52,110 bases of DNA from a virus (taxonomy: Duplodnaviria; Caudoviricetes): IMG/VR virus record IMGVR_UViG_3300047409_000613, positions 1-52,110 of that record; one strand, given 5' to 3'. Made by a program: the position numbers and the translations under genes. Within the stretch, counting starts at the first letter, position 1. The number at the start of each line of letters is the position of its first letter. The notes under the pieces are model-generated. The model searched no databases and was not told the DNA's origin. It was given only the letters and a program-made list of their open reading frames with translations. Of the stretch, positions 1 to 9,004 are shown one piece after another.

Positions 1-121
1 AAGAGACCCGGCAACGACACCCGCGAGTGAGCCGCGCTGCCCGTGGTGTGGCGAGCTCCGCGGGCTCGAGCCGATCGGCGGGATCTGGTTCTGCGTCGTC
101 TGCAGCCACACCTTCCTCTGG
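1..121. repeat. Direct terminal repeat, left copy (identical to 51990-52110)
   Basis: Exact 121-bp match between the start and end of the window; indicates a circular assembly. Confidence 0.97.
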
Positions 122-476
122 ACCGGCGGCGCGGGGCGTGCTGGGAAATCAGGCGCCGGGAATCCGCCCGGCGCGTGAGGCGCGTCGACCGTGTCGCCGG
201 GTCAACCGTGGCGGCCGGTGTCTCCACTTACGGCCGCCCCGCCGTCATCGTCCCAGCGGGCCAGCTCACGCGGACTGACACGATTCAGGAACCGGCTGAC
301 GATCGCGCCGACGATGGCTGATGGGAGTCGCATCGGGCCAGGGAGCAGCGCCGCGCGGAGGCCGGCGTCGAACGCGGCTTCGAAGCTCTCGAGACGGGTC
401 AGGGTTCGATCGTCCATCGCTGGTACTCTACGCCTCTTCGGTCAGCCGGGTGTTCCACGTGGAAGCGTGGACGACC

Positions 477-1184
477 CTACTTGCTAAAGGCGACGGCCGT
501 CACAGTCGCGGTGATCTTTCCCGCCCAGTCCGACGGGATGTCCCGGATTCCACCACCGTACGTGCGCGTGTAGTTCGGGCGGAGCGGGGTGTTCTCGACG
601 CCGTACCCGCCCACCAGGACCGGATGAACCGCGTCCTCGTGGACCCGTTGGCCGGCCTTGTCGAGAAAATAGACCATGACCACGACGTCGTCGAGCGTTC
701 GATCCCCGCCGTTCTTCACTTCGAACTTGACGATCGCGATGCCCTGGCCGAGTTCCGGGAGGCCGGGCCGCGCCTCGAGGTGCCGTAGTTCGACCTTGGG
801 GAGGTACGCGCGCTGAGCATCGTCGGACGGCGGCGATCCGGCCACGACCGTCGCGACCTGTGGACGCGCCGTGGGGATCTTGAACGGAACGGGCTCGCGC
901 CGCTCGCCGTCGATGATCTCTCCGACGGTCTTTCCGATGGCCGCGCGAAACGGATCCGCCACGCCGCCTTCCGCGGCGCGCATGATGGCGGCGTCGAGCA
1001 GGTCGCTCTCGGCCACGGTCAGCCGTTGCGTGGCCTTCACGTCCTTGAACCACGTCGCCGCATTGCCGTCGGTGATGCGCAGCCGACGCGGGTCGTCGGT
1101 CCTGCTACAACCGACGAGGACGAGACAGACCAGGACCAAGCCGCCCAGCGCCGCCAGGAGGCGCGTGACGCCGGGGGTCACCAT
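477..1184 (-). CDS. Putative lipoprotein with C-terminal FxLYD-like beta domain
   Basis: Hydrophobic leader and lipobox LVGC; C-terminal FEVKNGGDRTLDDVVVMVYFLDKAG resembles FxLYD domains. Start uncertain. Confidence 0.6.
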   Translation of the reverse strand: MVTPGVTRLLAALGGLVLVCLVLVGCSRTDDPRRLRITDGNAATWFKDVKATQRLTVAESDLLDAAIMRAAEGGVADPFRAAIGKTVGEIIDGERREPVPFKIPTARPQVATVVAGSPPSDDAQRAYLPKVELRHLEARPGLPELGQGIAIVKFEVKNGGDRTLDDVVVMVYFLDKAGQRVHEDAVHPVLVGGYGVENTPLRPNYTRTYGGGIRDIPSDWAGKITATVTAVAFSK

Positions 1185-1318
1185 CGGGCCGATCGCCGAC
1201 CGGTCCGGCGCGCTGGTGGCCGGCAACGCGCTGCCGTTGGGCTCGTGCGCGCGTCTCACAGACTTCATGGAGCGACGCCTTTCAAGCTGACCGATGGGTG
1301 AACGACCTAGCCGGTTCA

Positions 1319-1346
1319 GGGACAACTTCTGGGACAACTTCTGCCC
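1319..1346. repeat. Putative integrase arm-type sites, left pair
   Basis: Tandem GGGACAACTTCT x2 (1319-1342) followed by GCCC. Confidence 0.7.
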
Positions 1347-1456
1347 GAACAACGGGGAAAAACCGGGACGTTCGGGTAAGTTCGAGAGCGTAAGCGTGAG
1401 GCCCGTTTGGAGAGGATTTCCCAGCGAATCATTGAATGTTCTCAACGATTTTCTAG

Positions 1457-1503
1457 TGGCGTCCCCAACGGGATTCGAACCCGTGTCTTGGCCTTGAAAG
1501 GGC
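1457..1503 (-). mobile_element. attP core: 3' half of tRNA-Glu(TTC)
   Basis: Minus strand reads GCCCTTTCAAGGCCAAGACACGGGTTCGAATCCCGTTGGGGACGCCA (anticodon loop, T-arm, CCA). No 5' half; abuts the integrase stop codon. Confidence 0.92.
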
Positions 1504-2738
1504 TAGGACACTCGACGTAACCGCCTGCGCGTGTGGACCTTGCGGGCCGGGACAACTTTCGGGGACAACTTCTGCCCCGGCGCGCGCCCGACCGCTTCCG
1601 TCTTCCGCCTTCCGCCTTTAGCCGGAACGCCCGGGGCGGAGAGGTTCACCGCGGCGACCGCCGCCACGTTCACCGCGTCATGCGCGGCCGCTGTGTAGCG
1701 CGCGGTCATCGGCGACCCTTCCGCGTGCATCCCGAGCCGGCCGACGGTCGCCTGATCGCGCGTCGCCAGGTAGACCTGGCTCAGGAAGCTGTGCCGCAGG
1801 TCGTAGATCGTCAGCAGCTCGGTGATGCCCACCTGCCGCGCGGCCCGCTGGAACGAGCGGTTCAGCGGCGAGGGGTCGAACTCGCCGTACGCATCGGCGG
1901 CGTCAAACGCCACGAACGCCGCGCGTCCTTCGGTCGAGAGTGGCAAGGTGCGCGTCTCGACGCCCCCGCCCTTCAGTCGACGCTCCAGGCGCACCGTCGA
2001 CGGTGTCGCGCGCAGGTTAACGTCGGTACGGCCGATCCCGCCAACCATCCCCGGCGGGATCCCGGCGTAGGCGATCACCCCGGCGCGCAGGGGACCGAGG
2101 CTTAGGACCGGCGGCCGTCCTTTCTTGACCGACCGGTGCGTCGGCATCGCGGCGAGGATCTGCGCGATGGTCCCGTAATCGGTGCCCCGGAGCTCAGGCT
2201 TCGCCGCCTTGATCGACTGCGACCCGCGGACGGGATTGGCGCCGGCCTTGCCGTTCATCACGCGGAAGAAGGTCCGCAGCGTCGACCGCCGTTTCAGCAC
2301 CGTCTGGTCGCCGATACCGTCGGGCCCGCTCGGCCGTCCGCGGGCACCGGCTGCGAAGTCCGGCACGCTCGGCGTCGTCAGCCAGGTCTGCATGACAATG
2401 TCGATCTCCGCGGACGCGATCGAGTGCCGCGATCGATCACGACCGAGCGCGTTGGCCCAAAGCTCCATGTGGGCCATCATCTGGTTCGCGGTCCGCTTCG
2501 CCGCGATCCGCTTGCCGAAGATGACGATGTCAGCGACGAACGTGCCGCGCTCGACGCGGGGCCCGCCGCCGAAGTGCTCGCGCTTCGTCTTCAGCCGCCA
2601 GGCGCGGATGTTCTCGAGCGGCTCGTCGAGTGGGTAATCCTTCGAGTACAGGACGCCGCGGACTCGGATGTAGCCCTGCAGCCCACCCTTCCACGGACGG
2701 ATCCCTTTTTCGAGGCGACGGTTCTTTCGACGGGTCAT
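1503..2738 (-). CDS. int: Tyrosine recombinase / phage integrase
   Basis: YDLRHSF, LGMH and TARY catalytic box II motifs; RLKGG lysine; adjacent to attP. Confidence 0.9.
   Translation of the reverse strand: MTRRKNRRLEKGIRPWKGGLQGYIRVRGVLYSKDYPLDEPLENIRAWRLKTKREHFGGGPRVERGTFVADIVIFGKRIAAKRTANQMMAHMELWANALGRDRSRHSIASAEIDIVMQTWLTTPSVPDFAAGARGRPSGPDGIGDQTVLKRRSTLRTFFRVMNGKAGANPVRGSQSIKAAKPELRGTDYGTIAQILAAMPTHRSVKKGRPPVLSLGPLRAGVIAYAGIPPGMVGGIGRTDVNLRATPSTVRLERRLKGGGVETRTLPLSTEGRAAFVAFDAADAYGEFDPSPLNRSFQRAARQVGITELLTIYDLRHSFLSQVYLATRDQATVGRLGMHAEGSPMTARYTAAAHDAVNVAAVAAVNLSAPGVPAKGGRRKTEAVGRAPGQKLSPKVVPARKVHTRRRLRRVS
1549..1577. repeat. Putative integrase arm-type sites, right pair (inside the int 3' end)
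   Basis: GGGACAACTTTC G GGGACAACTTCTGCCC, same motif and orientation as 1319-1346. Confidence 0.7.
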
Positions 2739-2798
2739 GGTTTAGTGTCCTTTAGTTCCGAAAGTGTCGATCGGCCGGCGCGTGACGGCGACGCGCAC

Positions 2799-3110
2799 CT
2801 AGTAGCCGTCACGCCTCGCCTGGTCGGCGAGCCAGGCCGGCCAATCGATGTCGACGTCGAACGTCCGCGGCCAGCCCTGGACGAACGCCGCCTTGAAGCG
2901 CTGGTGCAGACGGACCGCCGTGGCGTCGTCGAGCCCGGCCTCGAGCACGATCGCCAGCGCGAGCTGCGCCGGCCCGCTGCCGGCGTAGCCCCACTCGAAG
3001 CCGTCCGGGCTATGGTTCCAGAGCTGCTGCGATCGCGCCGGCGAGAGCAGCGTGCCGTCGACCCAGACTTCGCGCGTGTCGGCGTCGGGGCGCGTCCCGG
3101 TGATTCTCAT
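2799..3110 (-). CDS. DUF6166-like protein
   Basis: HSPDGFEWGYAGSGPAQLALA motif. Confidence 0.7.
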   Translation of the reverse strand: MRITGTRPDADTREVWVDGTLLSPARSQQLWNHSPDGFEWGYAGSGPAQLALAIVLEAGLDDATAVRLHQRFKAAFVQGWPRTFDVDIDWPAWLADQARRDGY

Positions 3111-3373
3111 CACCGGTCCTCCGCGGGATCGTCGCCGCGGCGCACGACGTCGAGCACCGTCGGGCAATCTGAGAAGTACACGCGGACGGCCTTCAGGAAG
3201 CGCTCCACCGTCGCACGCACATCCGGTGGGACGTTCGGGTGCCGGAGCGCGAGCTGCAGCGCGGCCGTCAGTTGAAACACGGTGACCGGCCGGAACGCCG
3301 CCTCCATCGGCTGGTGCTTGGCGGCGAGCTCGCACGCCATCAGATCGACGATGAGTTGATCGGCGGGGGTCAC
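3110..3373 (-). CDS. Hypothetical phage protein
   Basis: ORF coupled to its neighbours; globular composition. Confidence 0.6.
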   Translation of the reverse strand: MTPADQLIVDLMACELAAKHQPMEAAFRPVTVFQLTAALQLALRHPNVPPDVRATVERFLKAVRVYFSDCPTVLDVVRRGDDPAEDR

Positions 3374-3855
3374 TGGGTCTGACTCGCGATGAACTTCCGC
3401 ATCATCACCAGGACGTCGGCCCGCTCAGCATTCGCGATGTAGAAGAGGCTGCCCGGGTCGAACTCAAAGATCAGCAGCGTGAAGCCCCAGCCCTGCGGCA
3501 GCTCCTCGCGGATGTGGTCGGCCAGGGCGCGCAGCAGCGGCTTGATCTCGTCGGCATCCGACGTCGTGTAGTGGTGATCTGGGACGGTCGGCGCCGGCGG
3601 CTCCGCGATCGGGAGCGGCATCCCGACTGACTTCGCGAAGGCCTCGCACTCGACCCGGATCGCCTCGAGCTGCTCGGCGCCCTCATCCTCCGACGTCGAG
3701 TCGTCGCCCAGGTTATAGAGCGCGTGCATCAGCAGGAAGTACGAGCCCGCGTAGAAGGCCCGCCGGCACTCTTCCACCTGGACGTCCGACGCGCCGCGCG
3801 GGATCACGCCGGCGCGGTACGTGGCGAAGGACTCGGCGATCGTCGGGGTCTTCAT
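3370..3855 (-). CDS. Hypothetical phage protein
   Basis: MKTPTIAESF start overlaps the upstream stop; CRRAFYAG motif. Confidence 0.6.
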   Translation of the reverse strand: MKTPTIAESFATYRAGVIPRGASDVQVEECRRAFYAGSYFLLMHALYNLGDDSTSEDEGAEQLEAIRVECEAFAKSVGMPLPIAEPPAPTVPDHHYTTSDADEIKPLLRALADHIREELPQGWGFTLLIFEFDPGSLFYIANAERADVLVMMRKFIASQTQ

Positions 3856-4106
3856 CGCTGAATGACTTCCAGGTTCGTCCGGACCGAGAACTGCGCGAGC
3901 GTGATCGTCTTCCCTTTCAGCAGGGGATCGGTCATGACTTGTTTGCGCAGCGCCTCGACGCGCGCCGGGTCCGCGCCCATGAAGGGAAGCATCGTGGCGG
4001 TCGGGAACACGCCGGGCGGCACGAGCATCGCGGGCACGCCCTCGGTGCCGTCGTCGTCGACGACGATGAACGCGAACAGGGTGTCGATGCGCAGCTGGCC
4101 CTTCAC
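3852..4106 (-). CDS. Hypothetical phage protein
   Basis: Coupled ORF with GTEGVPA motif. Confidence 0.6.
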   Translation of the reverse strand: MKGQLRIDTLFAFIVVDDDGTEGVPAMLVPPGVFPTATMLPFMGADPARVEALRKQVMTDPLLKGKTITLAQFSVRTNLEVIQR

Positions 4107-4372
4107 TGCTGCCTCGGCGGCTTCGGGTCGCGCGGCTGCGCACTGACCTTCGTGTCGGGGCCGATCACGCCCATCGCCTGGAGGTCCGCAGTGATCGCCG
4201 CTTCCGTCTCCCCGTAGATGATCGCGATCGTCCAGCCCAGGGGAATGCCGGCGCCGTGCGTTTCCGTCGTCAGGCGAATCGGGCGCCCAGCCTGCAGCTC
4301 CTCAATGTTCCGACGGGAGATGCCGAGGAGTAGGAGCTCGGTGCCGTCGCCGATCGCGCGGGCAATGATCAT
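4103..4372 (-). CDS. Hypothetical phage protein
   Basis: Coupled ORF (LLGISRRNIEELQAGRPI). Confidence 0.6.
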   Translation of the reverse strand: MIIARAIGDGTELLLLGISRRNIEELQAGRPIRLTTETHGAGIPLGWTIAIIYGETEAAITADLQAMGVIGPDTKVSAQPRDPKPPRQQ

Positions 4373-4543
4373 CGGATCCTCCGTGGCCGCCTGCGTCGCC
4401 GGTGCCGCGCGACCCGCCGGCCCGTCTCGCGCACGCGCCCGCCGATCGTGATGAGGAGCAGTAGCGCCGCGGCGAGATCGTACCGGTCACGCCGGCGGTT
4501 CAGGAGCGCGGCGATCGCGTCGAGAGCGCCGCGGTCGGAGACG

Positions 4544-4828
4544 CTACGCGCCATCGCGTCTCCTGGTGGGCCAGCCGCGCGCGAGCGCCTTGGTCAGTTC
4601 GGGGAGGGCGTCAACCTCGTCCTGCGTCGCGATCCGAAACGCGTCCAGGGTCATCACCAGCGCGGCGCCGCAGTAGCCGCAGATTGTGATGTCCCCGGGT
4701 TTCGGGAGCGGCGTCGTCGTGGGTTTCCGGCCGACCGTCGCGGTCGTCACCGCATCGAGCCGGCGACGACAACTCGGACACGACCTCACGGCGAGCTTGC
4801 CGGACGTGCGGATCCAGGCGTCCGTCAC
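4544..4828 (-). CDS. Zn-binding hypothetical protein
   Basis: CPSC and CGYC pairs. Confidence 0.5.
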   Translation of the reverse strand: MTDAWIRTSGKLAVRSCPSCRRRLDAVTTATVGRKPTTTPLPKPGDITICGYCGAALVMTLDAFRIATQDEVDALPELTKALARGWPTRRRDGA

Positions 4829-5154
4829 GGGATCTCCAATCGGCCCGGCGTCGTCGTCCAGGCGAGCACCTTCTCGCGCGACCCCCACGCGTCGAAGGGC
4901 GCGTGGTCGAGCAGGAACCGAATCAACCCGCCGATCGTCGCCTCGGCGTCCTGGCCGCCATACCGGTACCGCGCGTCCGCGACGTGGTTACAGAGGACGG
5001 CCTGCAGGAAGCCGCCGGGCAGGATGCCGTCCCTGAAGTAGCGGACGAGCCCGCCGTGGAGATGCTCAGGAATCCCCGACGCCGCCAACGCGGCGACGAC
5101 CTCGAGCACGAGCTGATCGCGCTGCGCGTCGGTCATCTGATCCCAGAGCGTCAC
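4825..5154 (-). CDS. Hypothetical phage protein
   Basis: GILPGGFLQAVLCN motif; coupled ORF. Confidence 0.6.
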   Translation of the reverse strand: MTLWDQMTDAQRDQLVLEVVAALAASGIPEHLHGGLVRYFRDGILPGGFLQAVLCNHVADARYRYGGQDAEATIGGLIRFLLDHAPFDAWGSREKVLAWTTTPGRLEIP

Positions 5155-5408
5155 CGGCGCCTTGCTTTCTGCTCGCGCTTCTTCTGTGTCCGGGCGGCCG
5201 CCGCGGACTTACTGGCTTTCGTGACGACCGCGCCTCGCTTGAAGAACGCCGTGTAGACGTACGCGACGGTGCCCGCGCGGCGTTCGACCCGCAGATGGAT
5301 CAGCCGATGGCCCTCCGCCTCGGTCGCCGCGAGGAGCGCGTCTAGGTTCGTCGCGGGCACCCGCTCGACGTTGAAGTAGCGCCGGGAGTCGTCGGCGGTC
5401 TCAGACAC
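5151..5408 (-). CDS. Hypothetical protein
   Basis: Coupled ORF in the leftward operon. Confidence 0.5.
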   Translation of the reverse strand: MSETADDSRRYFNVERVPATNLDALLAATEAEGHRLIHLRVERRAGTVAYVYTAFFKRGAVVTKASKSAAAARTQKKREQKARRR

Positions 5409-5741
5409 TCAGTCCTTCGCTTTCTTCGCGCGGCCCCCGCCGCCCTTCATCGACGCGGTCCAGGCCATCACGCGCCCCGCGACCGTCGCGTCCTGCGCGG
5501 CCGTCAACGCCTGCACCGCGGTGGTGTGGCGGTGCACCATCCGGAGGAGCTCGTCGCCGTAGGCCTCCCGGCCCACCGGATCGGTGACCGCGCTCAGCGC
5601 CTGGTCGGTGAACTGCAGCGTCTCGCGCAGCTGGACGATCAACTGCTCGAGCATCTGATCGCGGAACCGCCCGATCCGCACGAGCATCCACTGGGCGACG
5701 AGGGTCAGCGCGATCAGGAGGAAATAGGCTGCGAGGATCAT
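5409..5741 (-). CDS. Membrane-anchored hypothetical protein
   Basis: N-terminal transmembrane helix followed by a helical region. Confidence 0.55.
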   Translation of the reverse strand: MILAAYFLLIALTLVAQWMLVRIGRFRDQMLEQLIVQLRETLQFTDQALSAVTDPVGREAYGDELLRMVHRHTTAVQALTAAQDATVAGRVMAWTASMKGGGGRAKKAKD

Positions 5742-6316
5742 CGGCCGGCGGCCCGCTCTTTATCGAGATCGATCCAGTTCGGCGTGTTCGACGGCGTACA
5801 GCCGATGATTCGACCGCCGTGCAGCGCGCGCAGCCCTCGGGTCCGCGCGGCCATCTGCTCGATAACCGCGTCGGGGAGCCACTGCGATTCCGGACGGAAG
5901 TCCAGGAAGCTGTCGTGGGGTGCGAGCGGGCCGAGGGTGGGCAGCACCATCGCGCCGCCGACGCGCTCGACCGCTTGCATCAGGGCGAGGGATTCGCGAT
6001 CGGTCAGCCAGCGATCGGGGACACAGCCGTGCATGCAGGACATCCGCTGCACGGCGCCCCACACGCGGCAGACGAGCGGGCGCACCGCGTAGACGCTGCA
6101 GCGCTCACGGGCCGTCAGGTAGATGCACCGCGCGTCCTCGCGAATCATCGGCAGCCGCCGTCCAGGATCGGCGCGGCGAGCGCGCGCCGCCTCGAGCGTC
6201 GTCATCGGGACCGCCCCGCGCGCGATCGCGCAGCGGCCGCGGCACGCGACGCGCGGGATCGTCGCGTAGAGGGCCTCGAGCTTCGCGATGGCCTTCCGGT
6301 GCGTCTTCTGGCTCAC
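5738..6316 (-). CDS. YkgJ/CxxCxxCC-family Zn/Fe-chelating protein
   Basis: CRGRC...CIYL...CSVYAVRPLVCRVWG motif. Confidence 0.75.
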   Translation of the reverse strand: MSQKTHRKAIAKLEALYATIPRVACRGRCAIARGAVPMTTLEAARARRADPGRRLPMIREDARCIYLTARERCSVYAVRPLVCRVWGAVQRMSCMHGCVPDRWLTDRESLALMQAVERVGGAMVLPTLGPLAPHDSFLDFRPESQWLPDAVIEQMAARTRGLRALHGGRIIGCTPSNTPNWIDLDKERAAGR

Positions 6317-6609
6317 GCGTACGTCTCGGTTTCCTGGCCCATGTCGCGGCAGACCGCCGCGATCACGTCGCCGAAGAGAACGCCGTCGTGGTGCCGGGGC
6401 GACCCCCGGTAGAGCCGTGTGGCGGCCTCATTCACGCGCAGCCTCGGCCGGTACCGGCCGCATTCGTCGCAGATCAACACGGCGCCGGGTGCCCCACCAG
6501 CCGGTGTCACGATCTCGATGTCGCCGCCGACGAGCCGCTGCATCACGGGCAGCGTGAGCGCCTCGGTGATCGCGACCGTCGTACCGTCGGCCTTGAGCAG
6601 AATCGCCAT
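6313..6609 (-). CDS. DUF3846-like protein
   Basis: MQRLVGGDIEIV...DECG...NEAAT...GDV pattern. Confidence 0.65.
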   Translation of the reverse strand: MAILLKADGTTVAITEALTLPVMQRLVGGDIEIVTPAGGAPGAVLICDECGRYRPRLRVNEAATRLYRGSPRHHDGVLFGDVIAAVCRDMGQETETYA

Positions 6610-6612
6610 CAG

Positions 6613-6879
6613 TCAGGACTCTTCCTGTTGACGGATGATCGCGGCGGTCCCCGTCTGGGCCAGCTCCCGCGTGAGCATCTCCGTGACGATCGCGCGGTTC
6701 GCCGGCGTGTTCGGGAGCGCCACCAGCGCGAGCAGCTCGGGGACGCTGAAGTGCACACCGCCGTCGGCATCGAGCCAGATCCCCGGCGCGACGCGGACGC
6801 TGCCGATGCGTTGGGCGGCGACCGTCGCCGGCGTCAGCGTGCGATCGATCACCCGCGTCGGGCCGACGTGCTTCTTCAT
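6613..6879 (-). CDS. Hypothetical protein
   Basis: ORF in the leftward operon with a globular sequence. Confidence 0.5.
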   Translation of the reverse strand: MKKHVGPTRVIDRTLTPATVAAQRIGSVRVAPGIWLDADGGVHFSVPELLALVALPNTPANRAIVTEMLTRELAQTGTAAIIRQQEES

Positions 6880-6896
6880 GGGGTCCCTGGGGTGCT

Positions 6897-7148
6897 TTAC
6901 GCGCCGCTCTTCTGCTCGTCGTCCACGGGTGGCGCGTCGAACGCCGCGCCGTTGTGATGTTGCGAATCAGCCTGCTGCGGCTCCGTCGGCATCGCGGCCT
7001 GACGCGCCGCCCAATCCTTCAGGCCCTGCGCGGAGATCTCGCGTAGGTGCGCCTCCGGATGATGGCGGAAGTAGTCGGTGATTAACTCGTCGAGCGCGTC
7101 ATGGAGGCGCGCGTGCCGGGCCTGGTGAGTCTCGGGGTTTAACTGCAT
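6897..7148 (-). CDS. Hypothetical protein
   Basis: HQARHARLHDALDELITDY motif. Confidence 0.55.
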   Translation of the reverse strand: MQLNPETHQARHARLHDALDELITDYFRHHPEAHLREISAQGLKDWAARQAAMPTEPQQADSQHHNGAAFDAPPVDDEQKSGA

Positions 7149-7441
7149 TGCTCGATCCTCAGCCGCGCTTCAAACCAGGCTCGCAAGCGGGTGCCTTCGC
7201 CGGCGGCGGCGATGTCGGCGCGGCGCGCGCGCAGCAGATCCGCTTTCGCCTGGCGGTGCACCTTCACGATGAACTGGCCCGCGACGACGTTGAGGGCCTC
7301 CACCGCGCCAGGCCGGACCCGGTCGAGGATCTCTACCTTCCCCAGGAGCTCGCGCGCGGCAGGCGACTGGGTCAGCGTGGTGGACTTCTTCGGCAGCCGC
7401 TGACGTGGCCGCTGACGCGCGAATAGCAGTGTCCGTCCCAT
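7139..7441 (-). CDS. Hypothetical protein downstream of the repressor
   Basis: AAGGAG SD, then a C11 tract, then ATG at 7441. Confidence 0.45.
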   Translation of the reverse strand: MGRTLLFARQRPRQRLPKKSTTLTQSPAARELLGKVEILDRVRPGAVEALNVVAGQFIVKVHRQAKADLLRARRADIAAAGEGTRLRAWFEARLRIEQCS

Positions 7442-7460
7442 GGGGGGGGGGGTGCTCCTT

Positions 7461-8006
7461 CTACGCTCCGACTTTTCCGCGAACGACACGCGCGGGCTGA
7501 CCCGCGGCGTCCTTCGGCGCAGCACTCTCGTCTTCCGACAACATGGCTTCGAATTCCGCGATCACCGTCGCGATCGCCTGACGCTTCTCCGGGTCGAGGC
7601 CGAGCAGTCGTCGCGACCATTCCGCGACGTCGTGACTCGAGGAGTCCTTGCCACGCCCGCGCCGCGCGCGCTCCTGAAGGACGCCGAGTGCGCGTTGCTT
7701 CACGCGCATCGGGGCGTGGTGGAACGCCTGCGCGACCTCGAGGTCTTCATCGTTGAGATCGGCGAGCAACGGATCGCTGGTATCGATGGCGCGCTTGCCG
7801 CTCGTGAGCGAGGACGGCGTCGTGCCGAGCATGCGCGCGATGCGATCGATCGTCCGCTGGCTGGGGTCCTGGGCCCCGCGCTCGAGCGCGCGGAGCGTGT
7901 TCGTCGTAATCCCGGCCTTCTTGCAGAAGTCGACTTTGTTCAGATCGAGCTTCGCGCGACCGGTCCGGAGGGTTTCGGCAAATTGCTGCAGCTGCTCAGG
8001 GGTCAT
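7461..8006 (-). CDS. CI-like XRE-family repressor
   Basis: XRE HTH (LNKVDFCKKAGITTNTLRALERG...IARMLG); divergent from the cro-like gene. Confidence 0.8.
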   Translation of the reverse strand: MTPEQLQQFAETLRTGRAKLDLNKVDFCKKAGITTNTLRALERGAQDPSQRTIDRIARMLGTTPSSLTSGKRAIDTSDPLLADLNDEDLEVAQAFHHAPMRVKQRALGVLQERARRGRGKDSSSHDVAEWSRRLLGLDPEKRQAIATVIAEFEAMLSEDESAAPKDAAGQPARVVRGKVGA

Positions 8007-8062
8007 CCCGCCATTTTTTGACCCCGGTTCTGAGGCGTCAACGCCAAACGGTTCGACGCGCA

Positions 8063-8136
8063 GTGCGATACCTACCATGAGCAGTCACTATCGCACACTA
8101 CTTGACAACGCGCAATCAATTACCCATACTGCTCAT
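8063..8136. promoter_or_regulatory. Putative operator inverted repeats in the lysis/lysogeny switch
   Basis: GTGCGATA (8063)/TATCGCAC (8089) and ATGAGCAGT (8077)/ACTGCTCAT (8128). Confidence 0.55.
8102..8130 (+). promoter_or_regulatory. Sigma70-type promoter (PR-like)
   Basis: TTGACA-17 bp-CATACT upstream of the cro-like gene. Confidence 0.8.
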
Positions 8137-8147
8137 TACAGGTAACT

Positions 8148-8363
8148 ATGGAACTCAAGACTGCCAGGCGGATTGCGCGTCTCACGCAACAGGAACTCGC
8201 CAAACGGGCCGGCGTCGACCCCGCCCTCATCTGCCGCCTGGAGGGCGGCAAGGGGCGGCGGCCCAGCTACGAGACGATCGTGCGCATCGCACGGGCGCTC
8301 AATCTGGCGCCCGACGAGCTGTTCCCGGTCGCCGACGTCGGCGACGTCAAGAGGTCCGCGTGA
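8148..8363 (+). CDS. Cro-like XRE HTH protein
   Basis: LTQQELAKRAGVDPALICRLEGG...IARAL. Confidence 0.85.
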   Translation: MELKTARRIARLTQQELAKRAGVDPALICRLEGGKGRRPSYETIVRIARALNLAPDELFPVADVGDVKRSA

Positions 8364-8563
8364 GCCGCGCCTATCTCCGTGGCGCCTCTCTCCGTCTCGC
8401 GTTCGTCGGCGAGCCGCCGGTCCACCCGATCGCCGTCGTCCTGCCGCGCCTCGTCTGCTGCTACTGCACGCCGCATCACGTCATGCGAGAGGGGCCCGAG
8501 CCGACCTCGCATGGCGCCTGCCCGATCGGCGTCGCCCGGTTCGAAGCGGGAGCGACGGCATGA
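8360..8563 (+). CDS. Small Cys-rich phage protein
   Basis: CCYC...SHGAC motif; coupled to cro. Confidence 0.5.
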   Translation: MSRAYLRGASLRLAFVGEPPVHPIAVVLPRLVCCYCTPHHVMREGPEPTSHGACPIGVARFEAGATA

Positions 8564-8994
8564 CGGCCGCGAAGGGGCTCGAGGTGCACCGGCATTCCTT
8601 CGTGCGCGGCCGGCGCGCGAACGGCGGGTGCTACGGGCCGGGCGGCGCGTGGCTGCTGTCGACGTTCTCGCACTCGCACGAGGGCGGGAGCGCCCCGCAT
8701 CAGCATCCGGACATCGGCCCGGCGTCGTTCACGATCGACAAGGACGCGTGGGCGCGGGCCACCGGCCTGAAGGGCGGCGGCCGGAAGGTGTTCACCGCGG
8801 CGCCGACGGGCGAGCAGTTTGCGATCGTGGAGCTCGAGGCCTGGCAGACGACGTTCGAGGTGATCCTCGGCACGCCAACGCCGCCGGCCTGGGGCACCGG
8901 GCCCGGCGTCGCGTTACCGCTGCGCATGGTGCTGCAGTTCGGCATGACGGGCATCGTCCGCGTCGATCGTCCGACGCGAAAGCGAAACGCGTAG
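8560..8994 (+). CDS. Hypothetical His-rich protein
   Basis: ATGA overlap with the upstream gene. Confidence 0.5.
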   Translation: MTAAKGLEVHRHSFVRGRRANGGCYGPGGAWLLSTFSHSHEGGSAPHQHPDIGPASFTIDKDAWARATGLKGGGRKVFTAAPTGEQFAIVELEAWQTTFEVILGTPTPPAWGTGPGVALPLRMVLQFGMTGIVRVDRPTRKRNA

Positions 8995-9004
8995 GAGGCG
9001 CCGC

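Noticed and set aside
1-121. 121-bp terminal repeat as a biological phage DTR
   Set aside because: It falls inside coding sequence and the terminase is lambda GpA (cos) type; an assembler overlap on a circle is more likely.
1457-1503. Functional tRNA genes here and at 22481-22527
   Set aside because: Both lack the 5' acceptor strand and D-arm.
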